A stretch of 64,000 nucleotides of DNA, from NCBI GenBank assembly GCA_020060565.1, contig JAGVAE010000002.1, forward strand, positions 85,036 to 149,035, given 5' to 3'. The DNA comes from Candidatus Woesebacteria bacterium (GTDB lineage: Bacteria; Patescibacteriota; Microgenomatia; UBA8517). The notes beneath the pieces are model-generated. The model ran no database searches. It had not been told where the DNA came from and saw only the letters and a list, made by a program, of their open reading frames with translations. Both the position numbers and the translations under genes were made by a program. Positions 8,205 through 17,011 of the stretch are shown piece by piece; positions within the stretch are counted from its first letter, which is position 1, and the number at the start of each line of letters is the position of its first letter.

Positions 8205-8242
8205 GCGTAAGCTCTAACAGGTTCGACCCCTGTACCCACCGC
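8205..8242 (+). repeat. 38-bp exact copy of the tRNA-Ser(TGA) 3' end (att-like)
   Basis: GCGTAAGCTCTAACAGGTTCGACCCCTGTACCCACCGC at both 7304-7341 and 8205-8242. Confidence 0.95.
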
Positions 8243-8243
8243 A

Positions 8244-8849
8244 TTATTTTGCAATAGTTAACCAAAAGATTCTTTTTACACCCGCTTTTCTTAAAGTTTT
8301 TGAGGCCTCACTGAGAGTGGAGCCAGTTGTGAGAACATCATCAAAAAGAATTAGCGGATAGCGATTAGTGATTAGCGAATAGTTAGAACTAAGAGAGAAG
8401 ACACCTTTTAAATTCTCATGGCGAGTACTACCTTTAAGCCCAACCTGGGGCTTGGTTGAAACTTTTTTAATTAGTAAATTGGGTTCATATTTCCAATTCA
8501 TTTCGCGTGCTACCAGTTTCCCAATCTCTTCTGCTTGATTAAATCCCCTAACATTTTGTTTGTGCCAATGGAGTGGAATAGGAATTAGTAAATAGTTCTT
8601 ATTAATTAGATTTGTTGATTTCAAGTTTCTGACACAAATATCTGCCAGCTCTTTTGCAACTTCTGTTGTGTATTTGTACTTAAGGGCAATAATTGCTTTC
8701 CTTATTACTCCTTCGTATCTAAAAATGGAGAGTTTGTCTTTGGCGAATCCAACCTTTCTGACTTTTTTCAAGCAGCTTTCACAAATATATTTTCCCTCCT
8801 TGCCACACTCAAGGCAGGCTTTGGGAAAGAATAAATCAAGAATTCCCAT
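8244..8849 (-). CDS. comF: ComF family protein (zinc ribbon + phosphoribosyltransferase fold)
   Basis: LDLFFPKACLEC...ICESC, PIPLH...RGFNQAE, LFDDVLTTGSTL; start placed at MGILD. Confidence 0.92.
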   Translation of the reverse strand: MGILDLFFPKACLECGKEGKYICESCLKKVRKVGFAKDKLSIFRYEGVIRKAIIALKYKYTTEVAKELADICVRNLKSTNLINKNYLLIPIPLHWHKQNVRGFNQAEEIGKLVAREMNWKYEPNLLIKKVSTKPQVGLKGSTRHENLKGVFSLSSNYSLITNRYPLILFDDVLTTGSTLSEASKTLRKAGVKRIFWLTIAK

Positions 8850-8867
8850 AAAGGCAGTTTTTGTCTG

Positions 8868-9235
8868 CGGAGACGGTGGGAATTGAACCCACGTCCGAAA
8901 ATACTTAATACAAAACTTACTACAAGCTTGTTTGGTTTTTGAATTTTCATCGAGCTTATCCAACCAACAGGAACGCTCGATGTAAGATTTATTTGTCTTT
9001 TGTTTAAGCCTTTAAATCGTTAAAGCTCAAACAGCATCTCTAACGGGTTAATGCCCATTTGATTCGGTAGAGAATCAAACCAAAGGACACCGATTAAGCA
9101 AAGGCTAAATTATAGCCTTGGTAATCAGAAGCTGGACTTGCGTCTGCTTTTATTTTTTAACTCTGTTTAACGAGTATGGGTTAAACTCGGCTTGCAGTTT
9201 TGTTAAAGAGCTTCCCGTCGAAACCGATCGTCTCC
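8868..9235 (-). ncRNA. ssrA: tmRNA; tag frame 9094-9147 ADASPASDYQGYNLAFA*
   Basis: 5' GGAGACGATCGGTTTCGAC, 3' GACGTGGGTTCAATTCCCACCGTCTCCG, 368 nt, tag ending LAFA, 3 nt downstream of smpB. Confidence 0.93.
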
Positions 9236-9238
9236 AGG

Positions 9239-9661
9239 TTATTTTAGCTCAAGATCAATATCCCTTTGGATATCAACCTTCTTTTGAGCTTCCTTCTTCT
9301 CAAACACGCGTTTACTCTTGGCCAAGGCTAGCTCAAGCTTAATTAAACGCCGTTTAGTATACACGCTTACAGGCACGAGAGTCAACTTTTTTTGCTTGGT
9401 TTTAGTCAAAAGATCTAATATTTGGCCCTTATGTAAAAGGAGTTTTCTTGAAGCTGTTGGTTCATAGTATCTTTTATTGGGAACGGGTATGTTTGCGTTG
9501 ACCAAATAGGCTTCTTTATTGATTATTTTTACAAACGAGCCTGTTAGGTTTATATGTCCCGTTCGAACCGCACGGGCCTCGCCTCCTGTTAGGGAGATTC
9601 CAGCCTCAGTGGTCTCAAGAATCTGGTAATCAAACTTGGCTCTTTTATTAACAATCTTCAT
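9239..9661 (-). CDS. smpB: SsrA-binding protein SmpB
   Basis: NKRAKFDY...EAGISLTGGE...RKLLLHK...LTLVP. Confidence 0.95.
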   Translation of the reverse strand: MKIVNKRAKFDYQILETTEAGISLTGGEARAVRTGHINLTGSFVKIINKEAYLVNANIPVPNKRYYEPTASRKLLLHKGQILDLLTKTKQKKLTLVPVSVYTKRRLIKLELALAKSKRVFEKKEAQKKVDIQRDIDLELK

Positions 9662-11493
9662 TTAATCTCCATTGAGTATAACTTATCTCCGGTTAGAAGA
9701 ATTATTTTCTTGTCTGTTTCACTTGCCACCAGGGTTATTGCTGATGAGATAAGATCGTCTACATATTGAGCTTTATAGACTCCTTTTTTGTCTGTAACCA
9801 CTACTCTTTTGCCCGCTCTGTCCAACAGATAAATATATTGATTATCAGGGTTTCCGTAAATAGCATTTACACTGCCTATCTCCGGAAAAGTCCCCTTAAT
9901 ATTAAAATTTTGAGAACTTCCCTGACTGAATTTTTGTATGCGGGAATTCGGGTAAAGTGCGTAGATCGACCCATCGATAGTAATTTGAACAACGTCTGAA
10001 AAATCTACATTAGTTCCCGCCGCCAGCCAATTCTGCTTTTCTCCAAAACCAGTACTATTTCCTGCATATCTATATATTTGATTTCCTGATTTATCTAATA
10101 AATACATGTTTCCTGCAAAAGCTGATATTAGGGCGTCTCCCGACCATGTTTTTTCTATAACTTTATTGTTTCCAGAATCCACTTGATAAACCCCATCACT
10201 TTCAAGTACAAAAACATTGTCTTCATATGCTGCAAGTGCTTGTGCTGAGTTCACTACTCCAGGACCTGCAACTACTTTGCTTTTTTTTGTTGAGGATTCA
10301 ACACTTACTATCCTTTGTCCTGATTTATCTAGTACATAGATTAAACCTCCCGAAAAAGACACCGCGTCACCTTTAAAACCCGACGAAAGAAGTGTTAGAT
10401 CTAAAAACATTTCAGGAGAGGCTTTGTATTCTCCCAAAACAGCCGCCCTACTGTCATCCATTTTTTTCTTTAAAGAATCTATCTCTGGATCTTTTACATT
10501 CAAGTTTTCAATTTGTTTTAATTTTTGTTCACCTGAGGCAAAAAGCTCCCTGCTTCTTTCACTGCTCACACTGGCAAGGCTTATAGCTTGTTCAACATCG
10601 TTTTGTGCTTGCTCTAATATTCCTCTATATTTATTCTTTGTGTCATTGATGCTTTTTTGTCTAATTCCAAATCCAATACTAACCGCAAGAAGACCTAAAA
10701 GAATTGCTGCTATAGTAAATGTCATTTTTTTACTTTGGGGGGAAATTTCCTCAGGGGAATCTACTTTTAAATAAATATTTCTTTTTGGAATTTTTTTAAG
10801 CAAGTCTGTAAAAAAATTACTTTTGGGAATAGTTGGTTTTATTATCTGCTCTTGGGGGACTGTTGTTTCTAATCTTTCTTCAAATTTAATTATTGCTGCA
10901 CCTAAGTTTCCCGGGCTTTGGGCTCCAAGGGCAATTGGACCGAGTGTCTCAATAGAATCTTCTGGGGCTGGAGCAGAAAGTGCGGCTTTGATAACTCCTT
11001 GGGAAACTATTTGAAAAAAAGATTTTGTAGCTAAAAGAATTACATCACCATTCCTTGGGTAACCAGAAGCAGTTATTACTTGATCGGCACCACTTTCCAA
11101 GATTTTTCCCAAAGCCCCTTCTCTAAAGACCATTACACTTGCTCCCCCAACAGCAGCTGAATAAACAACATTGTCTACAAATGAGGCTGCCACTATTTCT
11201 ACATCTCCCCATGTTTGACGAAATTCATCAGCTACTTTTTGAGTAGCATCCCTTAAAACATTAAAGGGTTTTCCCTCGAGCTTTCCGTAATACTCTTCAT
11301 GGTACCTTGTTAGAAGTTCTCGTCCCGCGGTAATAGTATCAATTCCACTTTCTGTATGGTTTGTTGAAACAATTACAAAAAGGTGTCCCCTAAGTTTAAG
11401 TTTATCTGGATCATCGGGAGTAAATTCATGTACCTGAGCCCAACCCGAATTACCAGGAGGTCCTGTGAGTTTTGAAGCACTCTGAATTAGCAT
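9658..11493 (-). CDS. membrane protein with PP2C-like N-terminal fold, TM helix and C-terminal beta-propeller
   Basis: GHLFVIV...GDVILLATKSF N-terminal domain, one TM, repeated IYVLD/MYLLD/IYLLD blades. Confidence 0.65.
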   Translation of the reverse strand: MLIQSASKLTGPPGNSGWAQVHEFTPDDPDKLKLRGHLFVIVSTNHTESGIDTITAGRELLTRYHEEYYGKLEGKPFNVLRDATQKVADEFRQTWGDVEIVAASFVDNVVYSAAVGGASVMVFREGALGKILESGADQVITASGYPRNGDVILLATKSFFQIVSQGVIKAALSAPAPEDSIETLGPIALGAQSPGNLGAAIIKFEERLETTVPQEQIIKPTIPKSNFFTDLLKKIPKRNIYLKVDSPEEISPQSKKMTFTIAAILLGLLAVSIGFGIRQKSINDTKNKYRGILEQAQNDVEQAISLASVSSERSRELFASGEQKLKQIENLNVKDPEIDSLKKKMDDSRAAVLGEYKASPEMFLDLTLLSSGFKGDAVSFSGGLIYVLDKSGQRIVSVESSTKKSKVVAGPGVVNSAQALAAYEDNVFVLESDGVYQVDSGNNKVIEKTWSGDALISAFAGNMYLLDKSGNQIYRYAGNSTGFGEKQNWLAAGTNVDFSDVVQITIDGSIYALYPNSRIQKFSQGSSQNFNIKGTFPEIGSVNAIYGNPDNQYIYLLDRAGKRVVVTDKKGVYKAQYVDDLISSAITLVASETDKKIILLTGDKLYSMEIK

Positions 11494-11496
11494 TTT

Positions 11497-11718
11497 CTAA
11501 AGTATGAAAAGGGCAGCCAAAAAAACCAATATTGCAAATGCTAGATGAATATATCCTAAAAATATTATTAAACCCTCCGCCCCCAATGTAAGGGTTGATG
11601 TCATTAGTTTTGTCTGTCTAACAACAACCAGAGCAAATACCAAATATAACCCTAAAAGTATTAGAGATGCGATTTTTATTAAAAGCCAGATCGAAATTCC
11701 AAAAATTGAACTTATCAT
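11497..11718 (-). CDS. small two-TM membrane protein
   Basis: LYLVFALVVVRQTKLM; start placed at MISSIF. Confidence 0.7.
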   Translation of the reverse strand: MISSIFGISIWLLIKIASLILLGLYLVFALVVVRQTKLMTSTLTLGAEGLIIFLGYIHLAFAILVFLAALFIL

Positions 11719-11731
11719 AATTATATTATTC

Positions 11732-12349
11732 TCATTTCTTCTTGACTTGGGGCACCAAGTCATTAATTATCCTTACTACACGATCGGGTTTGGGAACTGC
11801 CAAGAAATCAAACTCAGAAACCTCGGATGCAGTTTGAATAAAAACATTTCCATAATTAAAAACTGTTCTAACAACCCCACCCATGCTGTAAGTAACATCT
11901 TGAATATTATCGAGTGTTGCGTCTGAAACTCTTTTATATATCAAATTATTAAAATCTACGTCTACCACTCTTTCGTTTGTAACAATATAAACATTGAAGT
12001 ACCAATTAAGAAAGTTCTCTAGAGCATAAGCCATTGTAAATAAGTACCAGGCCATTGTAATAACCAATTCAAAACCGTTTGGGATTGTATCAAAAACTCC
12101 AAAAGCCTTGGCAACTGACGGAACAAAAAACATGACAATCGCAATTAAAACCCATTTAACATTCACTATTACATGTTGTCTCAAAAGAAGAACAATTTTT
12201 TCATCATTTGAGCGTGATTCGAAATCAACATTGTTGGGATAATAACTAAATGTAGAAAGCGCTTGATGATTATGGCTTTCAAAAGAGTCCTTTTCTTCCT
12301 TATTCACCGAAATATTCTTTTTGGAATTTGAAACAAATACATCAGGCAT
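11732..12349 (-). CDS. membrane protein with bacterial PH domain
   Basis: DEKIVLLLRQH, two TM, WYFNVYIVTNERVVDVDF, IQDVT, FNYGNVFIQTA. Confidence 0.8.
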   Translation of the reverse strand: MPDVFVSNSKKNISVNKEEKDSFESHNHQALSTFSYYPNNVDFESRSNDEKIVLLLRQHVIVNVKWVLIAIVMFFVPSVAKAFGVFDTIPNGFELVITMAWYLFTMAYALENFLNWYFNVYIVTNERVVDVDFNNLIYKRVSDATLDNIQDVTYSMGGVVRTVFNYGNVFIQTASEVSEFDFLAVPKPDRVVRIINDLVPQVKKK

Positions 12350-12386
12350 TTCAAACTTATTATACCAGGTCGAATCAAAAATTGTG

Positions 12387-14090
12387 CTATTTTTTCTCGA
12401 TATTGAAGAAGGCAAAACCTTTTTGTGGAATCATTAGATATCCGGGTGCGCGTAAATTAAATGCCTGTTTGAATTCAGCTCCTGTTAGCTTAATTGACCC
12501 GTTGACAGTAACTTCATTGGTTGTGCCGTCTCCCTGAGAAACTGAAACACTTGAAACCGAATTTACACCACCCTTTTGCCTAAGTTCCGAATAACTATAA
12601 GGGTTCCCACCCCAACAAGAGGTTGATGTTGAACTTACACGATCGTCCGTTCCACTCTTAAGAACAATTGCAGCATTAACAATATCTGTAAACTCCTCAT
12701 TGTTTAACCAGGGATTCGCTTTTCCACATGTTGCACCACTCGCGGTATAACCCTGTCTATACCAAGCTTTATAAACCCAAGGTGATCCCCCCGCATATTC
12801 ATATGTCTTTTCCAAAAATCCCGATCCGCCACTACCATTTGTTGTGTCCCACCCTGAAGTAGTCAAATACCCGCCGGATGTTGATGAATAATAAGTAACC
12901 ACATCTTCCAAAACCTGTCCGCGTGTTGACTGCACTGCTTGTTTCCATGCATCGGGTGGGTTGTCTGCTTTACTCTTTCTGAAAACTTGACACGCTTCCG
13001 TTACGCAGATTTGCTTTCCCTCCTTTTTGTATCTGTACGCATAACTTCTGGCTGCAATTGCTTGAGCCTTTAGGGCTTCTGGGTGCCAGGAAGACGGCAT
13101 TTCAGCAATCCCCATTAGATAATAACTTTCAAAATCCACATTTCCCACTCCCGCAACATTGATTGTTCCTCCAGTATCTTTGTTTACAGGGTCTTTTCCG
13201 TAGTAGGCTTTTAATATCTGATTGGTATTTTGTCCGCTTTGGGCCCTTCCGCGTGCTCCATACTGACTCATTCCTTTCCTGTGTGTATATCCCCCAAATG
13301 AGAATACAGCGAAAGAGCCAGCAGGGGCTGCCTCCTTAAATCCTTTTATAGAGGCTGTATAATCATCAGCCAAAGCACTGTCTCCGACACTGGCTATAAA
13401 ACTACCGCTTTTAGCATTCAATATTTCCTGTTGTTTGTTACTTAAAACCGCTAGGAAACTTTCTACTTTCCCCACTTCTCCCTCCAAAAACTTTGCATCT
13501 TCTGTAACTTTCTTTTGAAGAGATGCCAAAGAAACTTTATTTTTTTCTAAACTTTCTTTATCTGCCTTAAGTGTAGACAAATCTTCTCCATATTCTTCCA
13601 TTACCTTTCTGTCATCATCAGCTGCCATTTGCTGATATGAAACTTCACGGAATGCGTCCACCGCATTAGACATCAAAAATGGAGTTATTGGATCATACAA
13701 TCTTCTTCTTTTATAATCGTTCAATACCTTTTCATCAAAAATTTCACTGGTGTATGCCAGATCTTCCTCTCTTCCTTCTATTTCCTTCTCAATATTTTTA
13801 AGTTGTGTAGAGATTGAAGTAATTCTTTGATTAAGACTATCTATTTGTTTTTTAAGGTTTGCCAGTTCTGTTTTGTTTTTTTCTTGGGCTGGAGCATAGG
13901 CTGCTGCAATTCTGGGAAGAATTACAGTTATACATTCTTCCATCTCCCCACTACTCAAATCACTAACAGATTTGTTTAAACAATCACTCTCACTAACAGC
14001 CAAAGCTGATTTTGAAAAATAAAAAAAGGAAAATGTGGCAAGTAAAAAAACAATCGTTAAAAATTTAAAATTGAAAATTGAAAATTTCAT
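12387..14090 (-). CDS. SpoIID/LytB-domain secreted protein with coiled coil
   Basis: Signal peptide, coiled coil, HRKGMSQYGA, EMPSSWHPEALKAQAIAARSY, YSSTSGG. Confidence 0.88.
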   Translation of the reverse strand: MKFSIFNFKFLTIVFLLATFSFFYFSKSALAVSESDCLNKSVSDLSSGEMEECITVILPRIAAAYAPAQEKNKTELANLKKQIDSLNQRITSISTQLKNIEKEIEGREEDLAYTSEIFDEKVLNDYKRRRLYDPITPFLMSNAVDAFREVSYQQMAADDDRKVMEEYGEDLSTLKADKESLEKNKVSLASLQKKVTEDAKFLEGEVGKVESFLAVLSNKQQEILNAKSGSFIASVGDSALADDYTASIKGFKEAAPAGSFAVFSFGGYTHRKGMSQYGARGRAQSGQNTNQILKAYYGKDPVNKDTGGTINVAGVGNVDFESYYLMGIAEMPSSWHPEALKAQAIAARSYAYRYKKEGKQICVTEACQVFRKSKADNPPDAWKQAVQSTRGQVLEDVVTYYSSTSGGYLTTSGWDTTNGSGGSGFLEKTYEYAGGSPWVYKAWYRQGYTASGATCGKANPWLNNEEFTDIVNAAIVLKSGTDDRVSSTSTSCWGGNPYSYSELRQKGGVNSVSSVSVSQGDGTTNEVTVNGSIKLTGAEFKQAFNLRAPGYLMIPQKGFAFFNIEKK

Positions 14091-14147
14091 ATTTTTATTA
14101 TACCAAGTGAAAACTAATCTAAGGGGTGATAAAATAACTTAGTTAGT

Positions 14148-14540
14148 ATGAAGAAGTTTATATTTAGTATTATTTTTGTTTCTGCATTTATATTTTTGAA
14201 TACTTTGATTTCGCCAAAGGTCTCTATGGCTGCTGATGTTCATGGGGGCTGTGGAGATACAGAGATTGATACAGCCATTGGCTGTGTTCCTGTATTGGGT
14301 GATGGAACAAGTGATTTTATGACTTTTATTCTTAGGTGGGCAATTGGTGTTGGGGGTGGAATTGCTTTTCTTTTGATTCTTTATGCAGGTTTTATGACAA
14401 TGACTTCAGCAGGTAATCCAGAAAGACTTAAGGCGGGGCAAGAATTATTAACAAGTGCCATCTCTGGTCTGATTCTTTTGATATTGTCCGTATTTGTTCT
14501 AAACTTTATAGGAATCAATATTTTAGGTATATTTACATAA
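14148..14540 (+). CDS. VirB2/TrbC-like pilin 1 (full signal peptide)
   Basis: Two hydrophobic helices around TSAGNPERLKAGQELLTSAISG. Confidence 0.85.
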   Translation: MKKFIFSIIFVSAFIFLNTLISPKVSMAADVHGGCGDTEIDTAIGCVPVLGDGTSDFMTFILRWAIGVGGGIAFLLILYAGFMTMTSAGNPERLKAGQELLTSAISGLILLILSVFVLNFIGINILGIFT

Positions 14541-14873
14541 ATGAAAATAGCATTAGAGAGTCCTTATAAAGGTATTAGCGTTCCTTCAAGTGGTGGAAAA
14601 ATAAATGTAAACGAAACTGATATTGGAGGTATTATTACTGGAGTTTTGCCATATATCTTTGGTGCAGCTGCAATTTTACTTTTAATTTATTTAGTTACAG
14701 CAGGTCTTTCCATGATGCTTTCTCGGGGAGAACCAAAAACAATGCAGGCAGCACAAGCAAAAATAACCAATGCTTTGATCGGATTTGTTATTGTATTTTT
14801 TGCGTTTTCTTTAGTACTTCTTGTTGGAAATATTCTTGGAGTTAATGTTTTTGAAGACATATTTAAAAAATAA
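14541..14873 (+). CDS. VirB2/TrbC-like pilin 2
   Basis: SRGEPKTMQAAQAKITNALIG between two TM helices. Confidence 0.85.
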   Translation: MKIALESPYKGISVPSSGGKINVNETDIGGIITGVLPYIFGAAAILLLIYLVTAGLSMMLSRGEPKTMQAAQAKITNALIGFVIVFFAFSLVLLVGNILGVNVFEDIFKK

Positions 14874-15193
14874 TGAAAAATCTTGCATTAAATATTAAGG
14901 ATTCTTTTTTTGGTAATCAGGGAGCGTCTTCTTTTCAAACAATTACTGGGGTTTCTGATATTGTTTCTTTATTTCTCAAAATTTCTTTTGTCCTGGCAGG
15001 TTTAATTCTTCTTTTCTATTTTATCTTGGGTGGAATTGGAATGATTGGGAGTGCTGGAAAAAATGATCCAAAAGCGGCTGAACAGGCCAAGCAAACCATA
15101 ACATCGGCTGTTATTGGGTTTGTTGTTGTGTTTGTAGCCTATTGGATAGTAAAATTGATTGGAATATTGTTTAATATTCCAAATATTATTTAA
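14873..15193 (+). CDS. VirB2/TrbC-like pilin 3
   Basis: SAGKNDPKAAEQAKQTITSAVIG. Confidence 0.85.
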   Translation: MKNLALNIKDSFFGNQGASSFQTITGVSDIVSLFLKISFVLAGLILLFYFILGGIGMIGSAGKNDPKAAEQAKQTITSAVIGFVVVFVAYWIVKLIGILFNIPNII

Positions 15194-15547
15194 ATGCAAA
15201 AACTACTCGCAGATAATGTCTTTGGCACAATTAAAGCACCAGATTCTGCATTTAAGGACAGTGCTACTCCCCAAGCAGCCATTGGAAACTTAATTCAGCT
15301 TGTAATCTGGATTCTTATAATTGGCGCTGGGATCTATGCATTGTTTAATTTGGTTTTGGCTGGCTATTCTTTTATGTCAGCAGGAGATGATAGTAAAAAA
15401 GTTAGTGGAGCCTGGGCTATGATTTATCAAACAATGATCGGCTTGGCTGTTGCTGCAGGATCCTTTGTGCTGGCAGCCATCTTTGGACAGTTGATATTTG
15501 GCAAATGGGATTTTATCCTTAACCCAACAATTCCAACATTACAATAA
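15194..15547 (+). CDS. VirB2/TrbC-like pilin 4
   Basis: SAGDDSKKVSGAWAMIYQTMIG. Confidence 0.8.
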   Translation: MQKLLADNVFGTIKAPDSAFKDSATPQAAIGNLIQLVIWILIIGAGIYALFNLVLAGYSFMSAGDDSKKVSGAWAMIYQTMIGLAVAAGSFVLAAIFGQLIFGKWDFILNPTIPTLQ

Positions 15548-15548
15548 A

Positions 15549-15923
15549 ATGAATAATTTACTGACAGATATTAAATTGGCACCAGAGAGTGGTTTTAGGG
15601 GTTTTGGTCAGTTGGGACTTGAAGGTTTAAGTGAAGAAAGTGCGGGTACGACATTCAACACCTTTGTTTCAACTGCCATAGGTGTAATGACCATCATTGC
15701 TTTTGTGTGGTTTGTTTTTACACTTTTTGTTGGGGCTTACGGATTTATGACTGCAGGAGGGGATAAACAGGCTCTCGAGTCTGCAAAGAAAAAAATAACT
15801 ACAGGAATAATAGGTGTCGTTATTGTAATTGCCGCCATTTTCATATTCCAACTTGTGGGGTATATACTTGGAATACCAAATATTCTTAATCCTGGGGAAA
15901 TGATTAGACAAATCAGTCAATAA
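15549..15923 (+). CDS. VirB2/TrbC-like pilin 5
   Basis: TAGGDKQALESAKKKITTGIIG; start placed at MNNLL. Confidence 0.85.
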   Translation: MNNLLTDIKLAPESGFRGFGQLGLEGLSEESAGTTFNTFVSTAIGVMTIIAFVWFVFTLFVGAYGFMTAGGDKQALESAKKKITTGIIGVVIVIAAIFIFQLVGYILGIPNILNPGEMIRQISQ

Positions 15924-15924
15924 T

Positions 15925-16326
15925 ATGTTTATTACAAACCTTCTATTAGCACAGGGCGATATCCCTGAGGGGTGGAATGGCCCAGCAAAAGGATCTGAAA
16001 TAAAAAACCCCGCTTTAGGAAACACCTTAAACGGACTTCTTCAAGAGGGTGGTTCCGCGTTTTTTGGAACCCTAATACCAAATCTTATTGGAATCTGTTA
16101 TGTAATTGGGGTAGTTATCTTTCTTTTTATGCTTATTACAGGTGCTATTCAATGGATAAGCTCCGGTGGAGACAAACAAGCATTAGAGTCAGCAAGGAAT
16201 AAAATATCAAATGCTTTGGTAGGAATTGTAATTTTGTTTGCTGTGTTTGCAATTATAAATCTAATTGAAACGTTTTTTGGTATAAATATTATGACCCTTG
16301 ACATGGGGGCTTTAGTAATTCAATAA
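15925..16326 (+). CDS. VirB2/TrbC-like pilin 6
   Basis: WISSGGDKQALESARNKISNALVG. Confidence 0.85.
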   Translation: MFITNLLLAQGDIPEGWNGPAKGSEIKNPALGNTLNGLLQEGGSAFFGTLIPNLIGICYVIGVVIFLFMLITGAIQWISSGGDKQALESARNKISNALVGIVILFAVFAIINLIETFFGINIMTLDMGALVIQ

Positions 16327-16336
16327 TATAAATGTA

Positions 16337-16675
16337 ATGAATAATTTGCTTGCGGAAACAATTAATTTAAAGCCACAATCAGGTGATTTTGTGGGAATAT
16401 CTAATTTTACACTCCCCTCAATTATTTCTGCTCTTATAAAAGGAGCTATGGTTATTGCTGCTATTATCTTCTTCTTTATGTTGGTTATTGGAGGAATTAA
16501 ATGGATTGCTTCAGGTGGTGACAAAGCTCAAACAGAAGCAGCCAGGAATCAAATTACTGCAGCTCTTGTGGGTTTGGTAATAGTCTTTGCTGCTTGGGCA
16601 ATAGTTTCTCTTATAGCCACATTCTTTGGAGGGGTTAATATCTTTAATCTTACAATTCCTGAAATTGGTAATTAG
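16337..16675 (+). CDS. VirB2/TrbC-like pilin 7
   Basis: WIASGGDKAQTEAARNQITAALVG. Confidence 0.85.
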   Translation: MNNLLAETINLKPQSGDFVGISNFTLPSIISALIKGAMVIAAIIFFFMLVIGGIKWIASGGDKAQTEAARNQITAALVGLVIVFAAWAIVSLIATFFGGVNIFNLTIPEIGN

Positions 16676-16722
16676 TTATCTTCTTGATCATGTTTATCTT
16701 CTAGATTAGAATTATCTTTAAT

Positions 16723-17007
16723 ATGGGTGATGGTCCTGCTAGGATTTCTGATTTGCAATTAGTTTTTGGGAATGTTGTCAAGATTGCCTTGGCGGCCGCA
16801 GGTGTGGTTCTTTTTGTTTTACTTATTATTGGAGGATTAAAATATATTACTTCAGGTGGGGATCCCAAAGCAGCCGAGAGTGCGCAAAAAACAATTACTT
16901 ATGCTATTGGAGGACTTCTTCTTATACTTGCTTCATTTCTAATCCTGGAGCTAATTAGGACAATTACAGGAGTAGATGTCACCAATTTTATTGTTACCCA
17001 ACCGTAA
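16723..17007 (+). CDS. VirB2/TrbC-like pilin 8
   Basis: YITSGGDPKAAESAQKTITYAIGG. Confidence 0.85.
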   Translation: MGDGPARISDLQLVFGNVVKIALAAAGVVLFVLLIIGGLKYITSGGDPKAAESAQKTITYAIGGLLLILASFLILELIRTITGVDVTNFIVTQP

Positions 17008-17011
17008 TTTA

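Noticed and set aside
8205-8242. Additional tRNA gene
   Set aside because: Only the 3' 38 nt are present, with no D or anticodon arm; treated as an att-like repeat.
8850-9342. comF extension to 8963 and ORFs 8768-8950 and 9118-9342
   Set aside because: Overlap tmRNA; artefacts of reading through a structural RNA.
14148-17007. Type IV (PilA-type) pilins or a DGR-diversified array
   Set aside because: No G/FTLxE prepilin site, no near-identical template/variable repeat pair and no reverse transcriptase; the two-helix hairpin fits VirB2/TrbC.
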